Of a stretch of 64,000 nt of DNA, positions 8,861-18,608 are shown in pieces. The number at the start of each line of letters is the position of its first letter. Positions within the stretch are counted from its first letter, which is position 1. The stretch is taken from positions 4,110-68,109 of the forward strand of contig CAZDGL010000004.1 of NCBI GenBank assembly GCA_964505155.1. Reading direction: 5' to 3'. Under the pieces are notes generated by a model. That model was given only the letters and a program-made list of their open reading frames with translations, was not told the DNA's origin and made no database searches. Source of the DNA: an uncultured Candidatus Saccharibacteria bacterium (lineage in GTDB: Bacteria; Patescibacteriota; Minisyncoccia; Phycocordibacterales; UBA9973). The position numbers and the translations under genes are program-made.

Positions 8861-10284
8861 TGGATAGAACTTACATTGGAGATTTAGGAACAAAAGCAGG
8901 CGAGAGCGTTCTTATAAAAGGCTGGGTGGATGTGCGTCGTGATCAGGGCAAAATGGTGTTTTTCGATTTTCGGGATATGACTGGCACTATCCAAGGTGTA
9001 GTTCTGCCAAACCGTGCTGAAGTGATAGAGATAGCCAAGACTTGCCGACCAGAGAGCGTGCTAGAAGTACAAGGCATCGTCAACAAGCGCCCAGAGCGCA
9101 ATGTCGTCGCTGACAAAGTAAACGGTGATATTGAGCTTGAAGTGACTGCTATCACTATCCTCAACAACGCAGAACCACTTCCATTTGAAGTGAACATAGA
9201 TACCAAAGATGTGGGTGAAGAGACTCGTCTCAAGTATCGCTATCTCGATCTTCGTAGCGCTCGTATGCAACGCAACATCCGCACTCGTGATGCGGTGATT
9301 CACCATGTGCGAAGTTATCTTCATGATCAAAAGTTTATAGAAGTAGAAACTCCTATCCTTACGAAAAGTACTCCTGAAGGAGCGCGTGACTATGTGGTGC
9401 CATCTCGTTTGTATCCAGGACACTTCTATGCACTTCCGCAATCTCCGCAACAATACAAACAACTCCTTATGTCAGGTGGTATTGAAAGATATTTTCAAAT
9501 AGCAAAATGTATGCGCGATGAAGATGGGCGAGGAGACAGACAGCCAGAGTTTACTCAGCTCGATATGGAAATGTCTTTTGTAAAGCGTGATGATGTGATG
9601 GCACTCAACGAAGCTCTTCTTATAGATATAGTCACCAAGCTTTTCCCAGAAAAACGCATTCAGCAAATTCCATTTCCTCGTATTTCATACAAAGAATCAA
9701 TGGAAAAATACGGCAATGACCGACCAGATATTCGCACTGACAAGGAAGATCCAAACCTTTTGGCTTTTTGCTGGATCGTAGACTTTCCATTTTTTGAGCG
9801 CACCGACAAAAGCGACAACCCACAAGCAGAAGGCGAGTGGACATTTACTCACAACCCATTTTCTCGCCCTATCGAAGAGCACATGAGCGCTCTGATGGAA
9901 AAGAAAGACTTGGCAGATATTTTGACGACACAGTACGACATTTGTCTCAACGGTTATGAGATAGGTGGCGGATCTATCCGTAACCACACATATGAAGCTC
10001 TGGCAAAAGTATTTGAAATCCTTGGACACAAACAAGAAGATATAGAAAACAACTTCGGTCACATGCTTCACGCTTTCAAAACTGGTACTCCGCCACACGG
10101 AGGCATCGCTTGGGGTCTCGATAGATTTCTCATGCTACTTCTAAACGAACCAAACATTCGTGAAGTTATGGCATTTCCAAAGACTGGAGAAGGCAAGGAT
10201 CCGATGATGCAAGCACCTTCTATGATAGCTGACAAACAACTCGATGAGCTTCATTTAGTGCTTAAGAAAATAGATAAGAAATAG
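8860..10284 (+). CDS. aspS: Aspartate--tRNA ligase, short form (probably non-discriminating)
   Basis: RLKYRYLDLR, STPEGARDY, LPQSPQ, RQPEFTQLD, GGGSIR, PPHGGIAWGLDR. Start set at ATG 8860 (MDRTYIG). Confidence 0.95.
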   Translation: MDRTYIGDLGTKAGESVLIKGWVDVRRDQGKMVFFDFRDMTGTIQGVVLPNRAEVIEIAKTCRPESVLEVQGIVNKRPERNVVADKVNGDIELEVTAITILNNAEPLPFEVNIDTKDVGEETRLKYRYLDLRSARMQRNIRTRDAVIHHVRSYLHDQKFIEVETPILTKSTPEGARDYVVPSRLYPGHFYALPQSPQQYKQLLMSGGIERYFQIAKCMRDEDGRGDRQPEFTQLDMEMSFVKRDDVMALNEALLIDIVTKLFPEKRIQQIPFPRISYKESMEKYGNDRPDIRTDKEDPNLLAFCWIVDFPFFERTDKSDNPQAEGEWTFTHNPFSRPIEEHMSALMEKKDLADILTTQYDICLNGYEIGGGSIRNHTYEALAKVFEILGHKQEDIENNFGHMLHAFKTGTPPHGGIAWGLDRFLMLLLNEPNIREVMAFPKTGEGKDPMMQAPSMIADKQLDELHLVLKKIDKK

Positions 10285-10288
10285 ATCT

Positions 10289-11290
10289 ATGTCAGAGTAT
10301 TTTCCAGGAGTAAATCAAAAGATACAGGAATACGCGCTAAGAATTTTAAACGGTGAAAATCCAGATGATGTCCTTGAGGGAGCAGATGTATTTCGCCCTG
10401 CGGTAGAAGCAGCGGTGGCTGAGTACAGAGAGAAACAAAAACAAAATCTTGAATCACTAAACAATGAAGGCAAAGAACTCTCCATGGAGAATCCAGTAAT
10501 TTCTGAAGAAATAGTCGAACAAAGAGAAAAGGATGAGGAAGAAAAAATAGAAGCCTTAAGATCCGATTTGCAAAAAGAACTTAGTGCAGAACAAACAGAT
10601 CCTTTTGCTCATCAACAGGCATATGAAGGTGCGGGTGAGGACTATAAACAAGGCGTCCAAATATATAACACTTTTATGAATATAGGAAAAGGGATTAGTG
10701 AAGGATTAAAAGAGTCTTTTGATCCAAAGGTACAGCAGTACGTAAATGAAATACGTTCAGGAAAATCAAAAGAGTATGTTCTTGGTGGTGCCCCAAAGAG
10801 TATAGTTGATGCTGTAGAAAAAGAGTTAGCGAAAGATGTTATAAAAAACAGCACAGAAGAGAAAAAAGCATACATAGAAAATTTAGAAGAGTTAAATAAT
10901 AAGTTATCAGATTTATCTAAAGATTATTATTTTCTTACACACCAGACCTACGTTGATTTCGCTGAAAAAATAAATAAAGAAGATTTTTTGTTTCAAGGTG
11001 GAGGTCTTAATACTACTACTCTTGCGCAAGGTCCAGATGGTATTACACTTTCTTTAAAAAAGATGGAAGAAGGTGAGTCACATCGAAACTCTGACAGTAT
11101 GGTAATTTTTGCCATTCCTAAAGAAGAATTTAAGAAGTATTCTGGAGATAGACGATTTGGTCCTGATGAATTTGCTGAAATGTTAATAGACACAAAGTTA
11201 GAAGAGATTAATAAAACAGGGAAACTACGTATACCTCATGAATATGTTCTTGGCGTGTATGAAAAAGGTAAGGGTTTTTTGTTGAATTAA
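10289..11290 (+). CDS. Acidic hypothetical protein with internal repeat and possible C-terminal ADP-ribosyltransferase-like domain
   Basis: 333-aa ORF 4 nt after aspS; Glu-rich coiled region; FLTHQT...I and IPHEYVLG motifs. Confidence 0.6.
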   Translation: MSEYFPGVNQKIQEYALRILNGENPDDVLEGADVFRPAVEAAVAEYREKQKQNLESLNNEGKELSMENPVISEEIVEQREKDEEEKIEALRSDLQKELSAEQTDPFAHQQAYEGAGEDYKQGVQIYNTFMNIGKGISEGLKESFDPKVQQYVNEIRSGKSKEYVLGGAPKSIVDAVEKELAKDVIKNSTEEKKAYIENLEELNNKLSDLSKDYYFLTHQTYVDFAEKINKEDFLFQGGGLNTTTLAQGPDGITLSLKKMEEGESHRNSDSMVIFAIPKEEFKKYSGDRRFGPDEFAEMLIDTKLEEINKTGKLRIPHEYVLGVYEKGKGFLLN

Positions 11291-11358
11291 GTAGGTAGAT
11301 TCCGGACAGTTTTCTTTCGAAAACTGCATAGAAAAACCCCGCAAGGTGCGGGGCTGGT

Positions 11359-11634
11359 TTAATTGGTTGAGTAAAATGAAAGGTGAGCTTCTTTAAGATA
11401 GCTTACTGCTTCTTCCAAACTATTCCCTTTGTAATTCTGAAATGGACTCTCTACTCTCAAAAGAGTTTTTTCTTCTGTTGTTTTTTCGCAAGAACCTTGG
11501 AAAAAAGTAGTTCCTTCAGATGAGTTATTCCGATCTTTGAAGCAGAGCTCTTCTGTTGCCACATTTTCTTTATACTCAATACCAAGTTCATCACAGGCTT
11601 TTTTAAAACCTGTAAAAATTTCTGAATGTCTCAT
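11359..11634 (-). CDS. Hypothetical protein (ORFan)
   Basis: ORF preceded by TGcTAGAAT extended -10 and followed by a CCCCGC hairpin; start taken at ATG 11634. Confidence 0.6.
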   Translation of the reverse strand: MRHSEIFTGFKKACDELGIEYKENVATEELCFKDRNNSSEGTTFFQGSCEKTTEEKTLLRVESPFQNYKGNSLEEAVSYLKEAHLSFYSTN

Positions 11635-11721
11635 ATTGTTTTTTTGTGATTCTAGCACAGCCATAAAAAGGTTGCCATAACCTCGAAAAAAGCTTAGAAA
11701 TCAGCTATAATTACAGAACAA

Positions 11722-12498
11722 ATGGAAACTGAAAGCTTACAATTTCAAGTGAAGCACGAAGTATTTGAAGGACCGATAGAGGTCCTCCTTGAGCTCATCG
11801 AAAAGCGTAAACTTTTTGTCAACGACATTTCTCTCGCTAGTGTTACTGATGACTTTATCTCTTATATCCAAAATCGTGGGATGCATCCAGAATATGTCGC
11901 GTCATTCTTATCTGTGGCAGCAACACTACTTCTTATCAAAGCTCGTTCACTTCTACCAAACCTCGAGCTTACAACCGAAGAGAGTGAGTCTATCACCGAA
12001 CTCGAGCGTCGTGTTGCTCTGTACCAAATAGTCTCTGAAGCTTCCAAGTGGCTCTCAGCAAAATACGGCAAAAAAATATGCTTCGAAGGATCTCCTAGAC
12101 TCTCTGGTGTAGTTTTTGCGCCAGATGCAAAGCTTTTGGCAAGTGATTTACCAGGACTTATCTTTGATGTGGCTCTCAAGGTTCCACCACCAAAACCCAA
12201 ACAAGTAGAAGCGCGGGTTTACAAAACTATCTCTATTTCTGAAGTTATCAATACTTTGCATGAGAGGATAGAGAGGGCGCTCAGTGTAAACTTTAGCGAC
12301 ATCGCTCTCCAAGCCGAAGGTACAGATCAAAAAGAAAAAAAGGTCTATGTCATAGTGTCTTTTCTTGGTATGCTAGAGCTAGTTCGTAGAGGATTTGTCG
12401 AGGCCGAGCAGGAGGGAAGTTTCCAAAACATTCGCCTCCAAAAACAAGAACAAAAGCCCTCAGAGAATCTTGAAAAAATAGAGGAGTCATATGAATAA
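11722..12498 (+). CDS. scpA: Segregation/condensation protein A
   Basis: FEGPIEVLLELI, ATLLLIKARSLLP, FLGMLEL. Confidence 0.95.
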   Translation: METESLQFQVKHEVFEGPIEVLLELIEKRKLFVNDISLASVTDDFISYIQNRGMHPEYVASFLSVAATLLLIKARSLLPNLELTTEESESITELERRVALYQIVSEASKWLSAKYGKKICFEGSPRLSGVVFAPDAKLLASDLPGLIFDVALKVPPPKPKQVEARVYKTISISEVINTLHERIERALSVNFSDIALQAEGTDQKEKKVYVIVSFLGMLELVRRGFVEAEQEGSFQNIRLQKQEQKPSENLEKIEESYE

Positions 12499-13027
12499 TA
12501 AATTATCACAACAAATAGAAAGCTTACTTTTTGCGACTGCCGAAGCTCAGAGTTACAAGAGCTTGGCAGAGAGACTAAATGTCACTTTGGAGGAGGTCAA
12601 AAGCGCACTAGAGGAATTGGAAAAGTCTTTGGAAGGGCATGCTATGGCTCTCGTGCGTGATGGCGAAAGTGTGTCTATGGTCACGCGCAGTGAACACAGT
12701 GCTCTTATAGAAGCTATCCAAAAAGATGCTTTGTCCAAAGAGCTTTCCAAGGCCAGTGCTGAAACTCTCTCTATCATTTCTTACCAAGCTGGCATTTCCA
12801 AAGCGCAGATAGAGTTCATCCGCGGGGTCAATGTCTCTTACTCACTTAGAGCACTCTCTATGAGAGGGCTTATCGAGGCCCGTGGCTCTGGTAGGTCTGT
12901 CGGATATTATCCAACTCTTCAAATGCTTGAGCACTTTGGGGTCAGCAAGGTAGAGGAGTTGCCACAGTTCACTGAAACCTCAGAAAAAATCAAAAAATTA
13001 TTAACACAAGAGTCACAAGAAGAATAA
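12491..13027 (+). CDS. scpB: SMC-Scp complex subunit ScpB
   Basis: IESLLF, LSKASAETLSIISY, IEFIRGVN, FGV...LP; overlaps scpA. Confidence 0.95.
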   Translation: MNNKLSQQIESLLFATAEAQSYKSLAERLNVTLEEVKSALEELEKSLEGHAMALVRDGESVSMVTRSEHSALIEAIQKDALSKELSKASAETLSIISYQAGISKAQIEFIRGVNVSYSLRALSMRGLIEARGSGRSVGYYPTLQMLEHFGVSKVEELPQFTETSEKIKKLLTQESQEE

Positions 13028-13028
13028 T

Positions 13029-14087
13029 ATGCAAAGCATCCAAATCCTAAACGTTGTCAAAATTTTCTTACCTACTGCACTAACTTTTGCTATAGGTATT
13101 TTGCTTACGCCTAGACTTACTGCTTTGATGTACAAACATAAGCTTTGGAGAAAAAAGAAAAGAACTGAAGATTCTGAAATAACAAACAAAGACTTTGCAA
13201 AAGTAAATGACGGTATCGCTGAGACTTCTACTCCGCGGGTGGGAGGGGTAATCATTTGGCTTGCTGTTACTCTCTCTATATTTATAATGTGGTTTATTTC
13301 CAAAGCTTTTCCTTCAGATCTCTCTAGTAAGTTAGACTTTTTGAGTCGTGGACAAACTTTGGTACCGTTAGCTTCTTTGCTCCTTGGCGCTTTTGTTGGT
13401 CTAGTAGATGATTGGGCTCAGATTCGCGGAGTTGTAGAGAGTTTGAATCATCGCAGGGTTAAGATTTTGGTAGTTATGGTCATCGGAGCTTTGATAGGCG
13501 CTTGGTTTTATTTTAAGCTCGGTATCACTTCAGTAGCTATACCTTTTGCTGGTCATATCGCACTTGGCTGGTTATTTATACCGTTTTTTGTTGTTGTTAT
13601 GGTGGCGGTTTTCTCAGGTAGTGTCATAGACGGTATGGATGGTTTAGCTGGTGGGGTGCTAGCTATTATCTTTGCTTCTTATGCAGCGATAGCCTATGGC
13701 AAGAATTTGGTCGATATCGCTGCTCTTTGCGGAGTGATTTCTGGAGGGATACTAGCTTTTCTTTGGTTCAACATTCCACCAGCTCGGTTTTATATGGGGG
13801 AGACGGGGATACTTGGGCTTTTGGTTGTTTTGACTGTCGTGGCATTCCTCACTGATACTGTTTTTGTTTTGCCGATTATCGCTTTTCCTTTGGTGGCTAC
13901 AACTGCTTCAAATATTATTCAAATCACAAGTTATAAATACTTTGGAAAGCGTCGAGTTTTCAAGATTGCACCACTGCACCATCATTTTCATGCTCTTGGT
14001 TGGCCTCGAGAAAAGGTTGTGATGAGATACTGGGTGGTTTCTGTTGTTTGCGCTGTTTTGGGCATAGTAGTAGCTCTTATTGGTTAA
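13029..14087 (+). CDS. mraY: Phospho-N-acetylmuramoyl-pentapeptide transferase
   Basis: TPRVGG, GLVDD, DGMDGLA, FNIPPARFYMGETG, APLHHHF. Confidence 0.95.
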   Translation: MQSIQILNVVKIFLPTALTFAIGILLTPRLTALMYKHKLWRKKKRTEDSEITNKDFAKVNDGIAETSTPRVGGVIIWLAVTLSIFIMWFISKAFPSDLSSKLDFLSRGQTLVPLASLLLGAFVGLVDDWAQIRGVVESLNHRRVKILVVMVIGALIGAWFYFKLGITSVAIPFAGHIALGWLFIPFFVVVMVAVFSGSVIDGMDGLAGGVLAIIFASYAAIAYGKNLVDIAALCGVISGGILAFLWFNIPPARFYMGETGILGLLVVLTVVAFLTDTVFVLPIIAFPLVATTASNIIQITSYKYFGKRRVFKIAPLHHHFHALGWPREKVVMRYWVVSVVCAVLGIVVALIG

Positions 14088-14093
14088 GCTGTT

Positions 14094-15224
14094 ATGAATA
14101 TATTTAAAAATTCAATACAAAAACAAGAACCTTTTGATAAATACTTTTTTTGGATAGTTATGCTGATCTCGGGTCTTGGGCTTTTATCTTTTGTCTCGGC
14201 TTCTTTGGGGATACTCGCCAAAAGTGAAAGCAAGTTTTATGGAGTGCTCTTTAACCAAATAGTTTTAGGATTTATTTTGGGGTTTTTGGTTTTGTGGGTC
14301 TTTGCGCGGATACCATATACTTTTTGGCGTAAGTATTCTTTTTATATTTTTTTGGGAGCTGTCATTCTCACTCTTTGTGTTTTTGTCCCTGGACTTGGTT
14401 TTGAGCACGGTGGAGCAAGGCGCTGGATATCTATAGGTCCTATATCTTTTCAACCAGCAGAAGCACTCAAAATAGCTTTTGTGATTTATTTTTCTGCTTG
14501 GCTAGCTTGGACTCGGAAGCGCCAAGAAGATATAAAGTTTCGCATTATTCCTCTTTTTGTAATACTAGCAGTTGTAGCTTCTTCGCTTTTGTTTCAGCCG
14601 GATACCAAAAGTCTTATCCTCATCACCATCTCTGCTTGTGGCATGCTCTTTACTTCTGGAGTTTCTTGGAAAAAAATAATAATCATCGGAGTTATTGGTT
14701 TTGGGGCGATCACTGTGCTTGCCTTTGTCCGGCCTTATGTTATGGAACGTATCAAAACCTTCATCAATCCCGCTAGTGATCCTAGAGGCTCTTCCTATCA
14801 ACTCCAACAATCTTTGATAGCTATTGGCTCCGGCGGAGCCTTTGGCCGAGGATTGGGACAAAGTGTACAAAAATTCAACTATCTACCAGAGCCTCAAGGA
14901 GACTCTATCTTTGCGGTGATAGGAGAGGAGTTTGGGTTTTTGGGAACAACCCTTTTGCTCACCTTGTATGTATTTTTTGCAATTCGAGGATTTAAGATTG
15001 CTTTGCGAGCGCCTGATACATTTTCTCGTTATTTGGTAGTAGGGCTGGTCACTCTTTTGACTGCGCAATCATTTCTAAACATCACTTCATTAGTTGGGCT
15101 TTTCCCGCTCACTGGTGTACCTCTGGTCTTTATAAGTCACGGCGGGACTGCTTTGATGGTCGCTTTGGGGGCAGTAGGAATCATTTTAAACGTGTCTCGA
15201 TACAACAAAAAGACTGTAGTATAA
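14094..15224 (+). CDS. ftsW: SEDS peptidoglycan polymerase FtsW/RodA
   Basis: GARRWI, FQPAE, YLPEPQGDSIF, EEFG, PLTGVPLVFISHGGT; lies between mraY and murG. Confidence 0.9.
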   Translation: MNIFKNSIQKQEPFDKYFFWIVMLISGLGLLSFVSASLGILAKSESKFYGVLFNQIVLGFILGFLVLWVFARIPYTFWRKYSFYIFLGAVILTLCVFVPGLGFEHGGARRWISIGPISFQPAEALKIAFVIYFSAWLAWTRKRQEDIKFRIIPLFVILAVVASSLLFQPDTKSLILITISACGMLFTSGVSWKKIIIIGVIGFGAITVLAFVRPYVMERIKTFINPASDPRGSSYQLQQSLIAIGSGGAFGRGLGQSVQKFNYLPEPQGDSIFAVIGEEFGFLGTTLLLTLYVFFAIRGFKIALRAPDTFSRYLVVGLVTLLTAQSFLNITSLVGLFPLTGVPLVFISHGGTALMVALGAVGIILNVSRYNKKTVV

Positions 15225-15234
15225 TGAAAGAACG

Positions 15235-16362
15235 ATGAAAATTTTACTTACAGGAGGCGGAACTGGCGGGCACATATATCCACTTTTTGCTATTGCAGAG
15301 GAGATCAACCGTATTGCTGACCAAGAGAGACTGCTCAATCTCAAGCTATATTTTGCTTCAGATGGCATTTATGACAAAGATGAACTCGAAAGACAGTTCA
15401 TAAAGTTTGTTCCTATCACCGCTGGTAAGCTCAGAGTCAAACCTTCCCTTAGAACTATTTGGGATATGTCTAAGATGGGCTTTGGAGTTATTAGAGCTTT
15501 ATTTACAATTTTTAGGATTTATCCTGATGTTGTGATCAGTAAGGGGGGCTATGTTAGTTTTCCAGTGCTATTTGCTGCGAGACTTTTGCGCATCCCAGTG
15601 ATAATCCATGAGTCAGATACTGTTCCAGGTAGAGTAAATATCTGGTCTGGTAAATTTGCCAAAAAGGTCGCTCTCTCTTTTTCTGAAGCTGCTAGCTACT
15701 TTGATCCAGCCAAAGTCTCAGTCACAGGTCAACCAGTGCGCAGATCCATCATCTCCGCTTCCAAAGAAAGTGGTGATCAGTTTTTTGACCTCGATCCCGA
15801 GCTACCAACTATCGGCATCTTTGCTGGTAGCCAAGGTGCCAAGGTGATAAATGATGTTATCTTGAGGATCTTGCCAGATCTTTTACAAAAATATCAAGTA
15901 CTTCACCAAACAGGCCCCAAAAACTTTGAAGAAGTCAAAACTGATGTTGGGGTGATCATGGGTGATGACATTCGCCGAGCCCGCTACAAACCTTTTGCCT
16001 TTTTAAGTGATGTTCAAACCAAGATGTTTGGTGGGTCAGCAGATATTATCATTGGTCGCTCTGGAAGCTCTCTCTTTGAGATTTCGGCTTGGGGCAAACC
16101 TTCTATCTTGGTTCCTTATGCGCTAGCTCATGGCGATCACCAAAGGAAAAATGCTTATCACTATGCTAGAAGCGGTGCTTGTATCGTAGTAGAAGAGGCC
16201 AACCTGACTCCTAGTGTCTTGACTCATGAAATAGAAAATCTTTTGGGCAATCCAGAAAAGTACAGCACTATGTCTAGTCGTGCCAAAGCTTTCTTCAAGC
16301 CTGATGCTGCCAGAGAAATAGCCATAGAAGCTATCAAGATAGGACTAGAGCACGAAAAATAA
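15235..16362 (+). CDS. murG: Lipid I GlcNAc transferase MurG
   Basis: TGGGTGGHIYP, KGGYVS, HESD, GSQGA, HQRKNA. Confidence 0.96.
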   Translation: MKILLTGGGTGGHIYPLFAIAEEINRIADQERLLNLKLYFASDGIYDKDELERQFIKFVPITAGKLRVKPSLRTIWDMSKMGFGVIRALFTIFRIYPDVVISKGGYVSFPVLFAARLLRIPVIIHESDTVPGRVNIWSGKFAKKVALSFSEAASYFDPAKVSVTGQPVRRSIISASKESGDQFFDLDPELPTIGIFAGSQGAKVINDVILRILPDLLQKYQVLHQTGPKNFEEVKTDVGVIMGDDIRRARYKPFAFLSDVQTKMFGGSADIIIGRSGSSLFEISAWGKPSILVPYALAHGDHQRKNAYHYARSGACIVVEEANLTPSVLTHEIENLLGNPEKYSTMSSRAKAFFKPDAAREIAIEAIKIGLEHEK

Positions 16363-16408
16363 AAAAAGACTCGACACATTTTGATTTTATAGTGTCGAGG
16401 CTTTTGAG

Positions 16409-16750
16409 TTACGCTTTTCTTTTAAATATCCATATTTTTTTGCCTGGAGTCATATAGCTTATAACCCACACAGTTAAAGGTATAAAAATTTTATACCCTC
16501 CAAATATTAAACTCATTCTTTTAGCAGTTTTAAAGTCAGCTAAAAATGATAGTCCTATAAAAAATAAAACAATAAGACCTATCCCTGAAGCAAAACTCCA
16601 ATAACGATCTTTCGCACGCTCTGTTTGAATATTAGGGCATGCTTTATATGTAGCGTATTGATCAGCGTGCTGAGCTATAAAAAGAAGGTTTATAATTGCA
16701 AATAATATACTAATTACGGCAAAGATTATAGATAAATATGTACTTATCAT
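16409..16750 (-). CDS. Hypothetical 3-TM membrane protein (ORFan)
   Basis: AT-rich ORF with TTGACA promoter upstream; start moved to ATG 16750 to avoid overlap with gltX. Confidence 0.65.
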   Translation of the reverse strand: MISTYLSIIFAVISILFAIINLLFIAQHADQYATYKACPNIQTERAKDRYWSFASGIGLIVLFFIGLSFLADFKTAKRMSLIFGGYKIFIPLTVWVISYMTPGKKIWIFKRKA

Positions 16751-16825
16751 AATACAAAAGATTTCTTTAACTTTATACTTTTTTCTGTTTTTGTCAAAAA
16801 AGCCTTTATTTGCTAAAGTGTTTGT

Positions 16826-18163
16826 ATGGAAAACACTCAAAAAGTTGTCACTCGCTTTGCCCCAAGTCCGACAGGCCACATGCATGCAGGGAGCTATCGA
16901 ACTGCCTTTTTTGCTTATCTTTTTGCTAAGCGTCATGGGGGCAAGTTTATTTTGCGTATTGAAGACACTGACAAGGAACGCTCAAAGGATGAATATACAC
17001 AAGAGATATTTAGTGTTTTTGAAAAGATCGGCATCTCTTACGATGAAAAATATATTCAGTCTGAAAATCTAAATCGCCACAAAGAAGTCCTTCAAAAGCT
17101 TATCGCCGAAGACAAAGCCTACATTTCGCGTGAAGAAGCCAAAGACGGAAGTGGCACAATCAAAGATATTATTCGTTTTCGCAACCCAGGAAAGGTTGTG
17201 ACTTTTAATGATTTGATACGCGGACCTATATCTACCGACACTACCGATCTTGGAGATTTTGTTATCGCTAAAAACATAGATGAACCACTTTTTCATTTAG
17301 CTGTGGTAGTAGATGATCACGATGAAGGTGTCAATCATGTCATAAGAGCTGAAGAGCACATTGCCAACACTCCAAGACAGATATTGATTCATGAAGCGCT
17401 AGGGTTTGAGATTCCAAAGTACGCTCATTTGCCTCTTGTTTTGGCACCTGACAAAACAAAAATGTCCAAAAGAAAAGGAGCAATACCTGTTGTTGAATAC
17501 TTACAAATGGGTTATTTACCGGAAGCTCTTTTAAACGCTATTTGTTTGTGTGGATGGAATCCTGGAACTGAGCAAGAAATATTTTCTCGAGAAGAATTAG
17601 AAAAGATATTTGACTTAGACAAGGTTCAAAAGTCCGGAGCAGTCTTTGGTGAAGATAAACTCGCTTGGTTCAATAGGGAATACATCAAGAAGCTCTCCCA
17701 AGAAGAGTTTTGGTCTTATGCTCACCATGGGCTCTTTGGAAGTATCATTCAAAACGAACCATCGCATCATGAGATTTTGAAAAAAATAGAACCTCTCATT
17801 CGTGATCGCATGGTCAAGTTCTCTGATATGCAAACATTTTTTGGGCGTGCTGATGGTAGCACTGTTGGAGAATTTGATTATTTCTTCAAAGCGCCAAAAG
17901 TAGACGAGAAGATAGTGGCTTGGAAAGATTCAAGTTTGGAAAAAGCTCGTGAGTATTTGAAAGCGATAAAGTCACTCTTGGAACCTCTGGAAGCGTGGGA
18001 TTATGAAAGTATAAAAAATGCAGTTTGGTCTTATGCCGATCAAGAGGGTAGAGGTGCGGTCTTGTGGCCTATGCGGGTCGCTCTCTCCGGACGAGAAAAG
18101 TCTCCAGACCCATTTGAGATAGCAAGTATCTTGGGCAAAGAAGAGACATTGAAAAGATTATAA
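16826..18163 (+). CDS. gltX: Glutamate--tRNA ligase
   Basis: TRFAPSPTG, LRIEDTD, VVDDH, HVIRAEEH, KMSKR. Confidence 0.97.
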   Translation: MENTQKVVTRFAPSPTGHMHAGSYRTAFFAYLFAKRHGGKFILRIEDTDKERSKDEYTQEIFSVFEKIGISYDEKYIQSENLNRHKEVLQKLIAEDKAYISREEAKDGSGTIKDIIRFRNPGKVVTFNDLIRGPISTDTTDLGDFVIAKNIDEPLFHLAVVVDDHDEGVNHVIRAEEHIANTPRQILIHEALGFEIPKYAHLPLVLAPDKTKMSKRKGAIPVVEYLQMGYLPEALLNAICLCGWNPGTEQEIFSREELEKIFDLDKVQKSGAVFGEDKLAWFNREYIKKLSQEEFWSYAHHGLFGSIIQNEPSHHEILKKIEPLIRDRMVKFSDMQTFFGRADGSTVGEFDYFFKAPKVDEKIVAWKDSSLEKAREYLKAIKSLLEPLEAWDYESIKNAVWSYADQEGRGAVLWPMRVALSGREKSPDPFEIASILGKEETLKRL

Positions 18164-18209
18164 AAATAAATAACCCCCAACACTTTATGTTGGGGGCCTT
18201 TGATAGCTT

Positions 18210-18467
18210 TCAAATTGGCTCCATAGGGGGCCGAAAATTCCACCTTTTAGCAAACCACTTTTTCTTGGTTGCTTTTGTGGATTTGTTATACACAATGTAG
18301 TCATGGTCTAACTCCATACCCTGATTAGCAGGAATAGTTTTCGTGCTGTTGGCGGGGGTTATTGCGACCATAGAAAGTGGGGCAGATTCGCCCTTTATCA
18401 CCGGTATATCTTTTTCCAAGGCTACCAAAAATAATTTTGCAAAAATAAATAAGATTACTGTTTGCAT
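18210..18467 (-). CDS. Hypothetical protein with N-terminal hydrophobic segment (ORFan)
   Basis: Own TTGACA-17-TACACT promoter and a downstream hairpin. Confidence 0.55.
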   Translation of the reverse strand: MQTVILFIFAKLFLVALEKDIPVIKGESAPLSMVAITPANSTKTIPANQGMELDHDYIVYNKSTKATKKKWFAKRWNFRPPMEPI

Positions 18468-18608
18468 AATTTTTGGTTTGAGGGTTAAACAACTGTTCTA
18501 AGTACAGTGTAGCATATAGCTAGTATTTTGTCAATAGCTGTTATTTTAGCTAATCTTTTGCTAGTATACGGACGATATTTCGTATTGTTCATTATTAAAT
18601 TTTAAGAG

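Noticed and set aside
11310-11329. CAGTTTTC-tttc-GAAAACTG hairpin as a separate element
   Set aside because: Short, single and adjacent to a terminator; nothing further supports it.
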